This document shows, in pieces, positions 60,637-64,000 of a stretch of 64,000 nt of DNA. Source of the DNA: Thermodesulfobacteriota bacterium (GTDB taxonomy: Bacteria > Desulfobacterota_D > UBA1144 > Nemesobacterales > JAJCZQ01); assembly GCA_965215275.1 (NCBI GenBank), contig OZ244044.1:1440001-1504000 (forward strand). The letters are read 5' to 3'. The notes beneath the pieces were generated by a model that was given only the letters and a program-made list of their open reading frames with translations, did not search any database and was not told the origin of the DNA. A program made the position numbers and the translations under genes. Every line of letters begins with the position of its first letter. The first letter of the stretch is position 1.

Positions 60637-61395
60637 ATGGCTATGTCCACGCTTATCGTTTATGAACCTCTGGATAGTTTTGGAGAGCAAAGTGAGTACT
60701 GGCTTGAATATTCCAGGTTTTACGAGACGTACTGGTGCGGTCCGACCTCTCCTTTCGGGGTATGGTTCGGCAATGAGTATAAGAATTTCAGAGAATCCCT
60801 GTCCAGGCACATGAACCTTGATGATGCTGATATAAAGGACTGCTTCTTTCTGAAGAAGGGAGAGAAAGGTAAAAAGGAGTATTTTATTGCTCCGCTTAAT
60901 AACTCTGAAAACGTTTTTTCATCTGATAATTCGATCCCGCATGAATGGTTTGCAATGTTTGATAAATGTCAGAGAAAGAACTTTTATACCCACTGGGGGT
61001 TCAATACGATCCACTATGAAGGGTCTCTCCATGATGCCAGGGAAAAGCTCAGGGAAAAAAGAGAAATTATCAAGGATGTATCCTCCTCAGGGATGGATAT
61101 TCCGTTCGCCGGATACCTGGATTATTTAAGTGGAGGGATCGATAATATAATAAGCTGGCTTGACGGGTTTAAAATGGGCGGTTTTGTCATTTTGAACTAC
61201 GGAGAGATATGCACGCATATTCATATTTCCACTTTGCACAATGAGAACAGCGTTGAAGAGATATCCAGCTTTTTGAAACTGCTGAAGGAGAGAAAGGTAG
61301 AGGAAGCGGATTCGGTCTTAAGATTATTTTTTAAGAAGTGGGAAGACATAACGCTTAAGTGTAAAGGTGGAGCGGACAGCGGCCTGTTGCAGTAG
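60637..61395 (+). CDS. Hypothetical protein
   Basis: 252-aa ORF with no recognised motif. Confidence 0.6.
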   Translation: MAMSTLIVYEPLDSFGEQSEYWLEYSRFYETYWCGPTSPFGVWFGNEYKNFRESLSRHMNLDDADIKDCFFLKKGEKGKKEYFIAPLNNSENVFSSDNSIPHEWFAMFDKCQRKNFYTHWGFNTIHYEGSLHDAREKLREKREIIKDVSSSGMDIPFAGYLDYLSGGIDNIISWLDGFKMGGFVILNYGEICTHIHISTLHNENSVEEISSFLKLLKERKVEEADSVLRLFFKKWEDITLKCKGGADSGLLQ

Positions 61396-61573
61396 GTGCC
61401 GAAACGGAACTGCGGTGTTCTGATCCCGTGCTGTGCCTGGTCCTGTATGAGGACTTCGTTACCGGCTGTTCCCTGAACGACCCCAGCCTGTAGAGCGGCT
61501 TTTTAAAATTACGGTCTTTTGCAGCAGTCTGGTATTTATACGGTTCTTTCAGGACCATCTTTTATAATACTTT

Positions 61574-62245
61574 ATGAGATCACAGAAGTTTGACGACGGA
61601 AGTATTGATAAGGTTTTAAGTATTCTGAACAAAGAGGTCAGAAAATGGGACGTTCCCGTTATCAATCTTGTAGCTGCTTCCACGGGAGACCCTTTTAAAG
61701 TACTGATATCCACGCTTCTCAGCTTAAGAACGAAAGATGAAACGACTGCCGCGGCTTCAAGAAAACTCTTTAAACGGGCGTCTACTCCGGAAGAGATATT
61801 AAAGCTGGGGGAAGAGAAATTAGCCAGGCTTATTTATCCGGTCGGTTTTTACAACGTGAAGGCAAGAAGGATAATGGATATTTCCAGGAAACTGATAGAA
61901 GAATACGGTTCGGTCGTGCCAGACGACCTTGATGAACTTTTGAAATTTAACGGGGTTGGAAGAAAGACCGCCAATCTTGTTATTACCTCTGGATTTAACA
62001 AGCCCGGGGTCTGTGTTGATATACACGTTCACAGAATATCGAACAGACTTGGATATATAAAGACCAAAAACCCCGAGCAGACCGAATCGGAACTCAGAAA
62101 AAAGCTGCCCAGGGAGCACTGGATCGATTATAACTATTTGCTTGTTTCCTTCGGACAGCATCTGTGCAGACCGGTATCACCTTTCTGCAGCACATGTCCG
62201 GTAGAGCGTTACTGTATGCGAGTGGGCGTTAAGAGGAGCAGATAG
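61574..62245 (+). CDS. nth: Endonuclease III
   Basis: Hh[30 protein letters not shown]...C 4Fe-4S motif. Confidence 0.93.
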   Translation: MRSQKFDDGSIDKVLSILNKEVRKWDVPVINLVAASTGDPFKVLISTLLSLRTKDETTAAASRKLFKRASTPEEILKLGEEKLARLIYPVGFYNVKARRIMDISRKLIEEYGSVVPDDLDELLKFNGVGRKTANLVITSGFNKPGVCVDIHVHRISNRLGYIKTKNPEQTESELRKKLPREHWIDYNYLLVSFGQHLCRPVSPFCSTCPVERYCMRVGVKRSR

Positions 62246-62367
62246 CAATTATTTGACTATACTCACACAATAAATATAATCACATTACTGATGTAAGGTC
62301 AGCAGCGTCGCAGCGGTCTTGGTGAAACGGTACATAGCTTGTTGATACAAATGTCGCGGAGTGAATT

Positions 62368-62871
62368 TTGGCAGAAGGTTTATTCTTTTATATATTTGCA
62401 GCACTGACGGTAATAGGGTCCGTAGTGGTTGTAATGCATAAAAATCCGGTCGCCAGTGCGATCGCCATGGTGTTGACATTTTTCTTTACCGCAGCTCTTT
62501 TTATTCTTTTAAGGGCCCAGTTCATAGCCGTAATTCAGGTGCTTGTATACGCCGGCGCAATAATAGTTCTTTTCCTGTTCACCGTGATGTTCCTGAACAT
62601 TAAAGAGAAATCCCTTCAGTTTGACGCTGGCGGTATTGCGAAAAAGATCACGTTTTTGAGCTTAATAATGGTCGTTGTGGGATATTTCGCGTCCAGGCTC
62701 ATTACTGACACGGTTACGGTATCAGAAGCTTCAGAGGGTTTCGGGACCGCAGAAAGTGTTGGAAATATACTGTTTACGGATTACCTGCTTCCATTTGAAC
62801 TGACCTCACTGCTGATAATAGCTGCCATTATAGGGGTCGTATCAATTGCCAGGAGCAGTAAAGATCTATAA
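62368..62871 (+). CDS. nuoJ: NADH-quinone oxidoreductase subunit J
   Basis: QVLVYAGAIIVLFLF, YLLPFELTSLL. Confidence 0.93.
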   Translation: MAEGLFFYIFAALTVIGSVVVVMHKNPVASAIAMVLTFFFTAALFILLRAQFIAVIQVLVYAGAIIVLFLFTVMFLNIKEKSLQFDAGGIAKKITFLSLIMVVVGYFASRLITDTVTVSEASEGFGTAESVGNILFTDYLLPFELTSLLIIAAIIGVVSIARSSKDL

Positions 62872-63176
62872 TGGAAGTGACGCTTACTCATTATATTGTT
62901 CTTAGTGCCGTTCTGTTCGTGATAGGTGCGTACGGCGTAGTTACAAGGAGAAATCTTATCATTGTACTGATGTCCCTGGAACTGATGCTCAATGCCTGTA
63001 ATATCTCTTTTATATCCTTCTCTTACTATTTTACCGATCTGACGGGTCATGTTTTTATGATCATGGCAATAACGGTCGCAGCGGCAGAAGTTGCCCTAGG
63101 ACTTGCTTTTGTTGTTCTTATTTATAAGCACAAAGCCAGCCTGGACATTGACGTCTTAAAACTTTTAAAAGGATAG
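62871..63176 (+). CDS. nuoK: NADH-quinone oxidoreductase subunit K
   Basis: RRNLIIVLMSLELMLNA, VAAAEVALGLA. Confidence 0.95.
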   Translation: MEVTLTHYIVLSAVLFVIGAYGVVTRRNLIIVLMSLELMLNACNISFISFSYYFTDLTGHVFMIMAITVAAAEVALGLAFVVLIYKHKASLDIDVLKLLKG

Positions 63177-63188
63177 AAAATATAGAAT

Positions 63189-64000
63189 ATGCTGTTGACC
63201 GTTGTTATTCTTCCGTTAATAGGTGCTGCGCTGAACGGTTTGCTTTTCGCTACTCCACTGAAGGACGTTCTGTTTAAGAACGAGGATGAAAAGTGGAGAA
63301 AAGGCGTCGTTGGAACGATCGGATGTACGGTCGTGTTTCTCTCTGCAGTGTTGTCCACCGTTCTGTTCTTCGATCTTCTTGATATGGAGCCGGAACAAAG
63401 GCAGATCATAAATGACGTCTTTGTCTGGATCTCATCCGGAGAGCTCAACGTCAGATTTTCGCTGCTTTTTGATCCTTTGGCATCGGTCATGGTACTTGTG
63501 GTTACCTGGGTGGGTTTTCTGATACACCTTTATTCAGTTGGCTATATGCAGCATGATGATTCCTTTGCAAGGTACTTCTGTCTTCTCAATCTGTTTATCT
63601 TTTTTATGCTCATGCTCGTGCTTGGAGATAATTTTCCCGTTATGTTCGTTGGATGGGAAGGTGTAGGGCTTACTTCATATCTGCTGATAGGGTTTTGGTT
63701 TGAGGACCATAACAAGGCTTACGCTGGCAGAAAGGCCTTTATAGTGAACAGGATAGGGGACTTTGGTTTCATTCTGGGAATATTTTTGATCTTTGTGACC
63801 TTCGGTTCCGTAAACTATCAGGAGGTGTTTGCAAAGCTTGCCGACCCGCAGCTAAGCGGGGCAATATCTGAGGCAACGATCACCGTGATCGCTCTCCTGC
63901 TGTTCGTGGGTGCCGTGGGAAAATCAGCACAGCTTCCGCTTTACGTGTGGCTTCCTGATGCCATGGCTGGACCCACTGCCGTAAGTGCCTTGATACATGC
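63189..64000 (+). CDS. nuoL: NADH-quinone oxidoreductase subunit L, 3' end outside the window
   Basis: IHLYSVGYM, GWEGVG, KAFIVNRIGD, GKSAQLPLYVWLPDAMAGPT. Confidence 0.93.
   Translation, partial: MLLTVVILPLIGAALNGLLFATPLKDVLFKNEDEKWRKGVVGTIGCTVVFLSAVLSTVLFFDLLDMEPEQRQIINDVFVWISSGELNVRFSLLFDPLASVMVLVVTWVGFLIHLYSVGYMQHDDSFARYFCLLNLFIFFMLMLVLGDNFPVMFVGWEGVGLTSYLLIGFWFEDHNKAYAGRKAFIVNRIGDFGFILGIFLIFVTFGSVNYQEVFAKLADPQLSGAISEATITVIALLLFVGAVGKSAQLPLYVWLPDAMAGPTAVSALIH

Overview
Bacterial chromosomal window of mostly housekeeping genes (argH, ino1, rplM-rpsI, gltX, sodA, ispD/F, purB, cysS, nth, a lone nuoI, nuoJKL, tRNA-Gln, tRNA-Glu). Gene content tentatively suggests a deltaproteobacteria-like lineage, possibly host-associated; this is inference only. 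It holds a complete type II-C CRISPR-Cas9 locus (21 repeats, cas2-cas1-cas9, tracrRNA). The main hidden system is a family of transposase-less elements with GGGAA(T/C)TATA-type terminal inverted repeats (TIRs) and, in three cases, 8-bp target duplications (TSDs), resembling IS1595/ISNwi-type DDE ends. Members: (i) 1464..2782, an intact-motif RNA-guided TnpB whose predicted omegaRNA ends in the right TIR; (ii) 44743..44963, a 221-bp MITE carrying only a co-varying copy of that omegaRNA scaffold; (iii) 56306..60591, carrying a large surface protein gene with a perfect TSD; (iv) 50201..50608, carrying a DNA methyltransferase fragment; plus mini-elements and orphan ends. Also notable: four S8/kexin-like surface proteins lacking catalytic His and Ser with poly-C tracts and a shared C-terminal anchor motif, three tandem sulfotransferases (two broken at poly-G tracts), and an unannotated 42-aa metallothionein-like protein.
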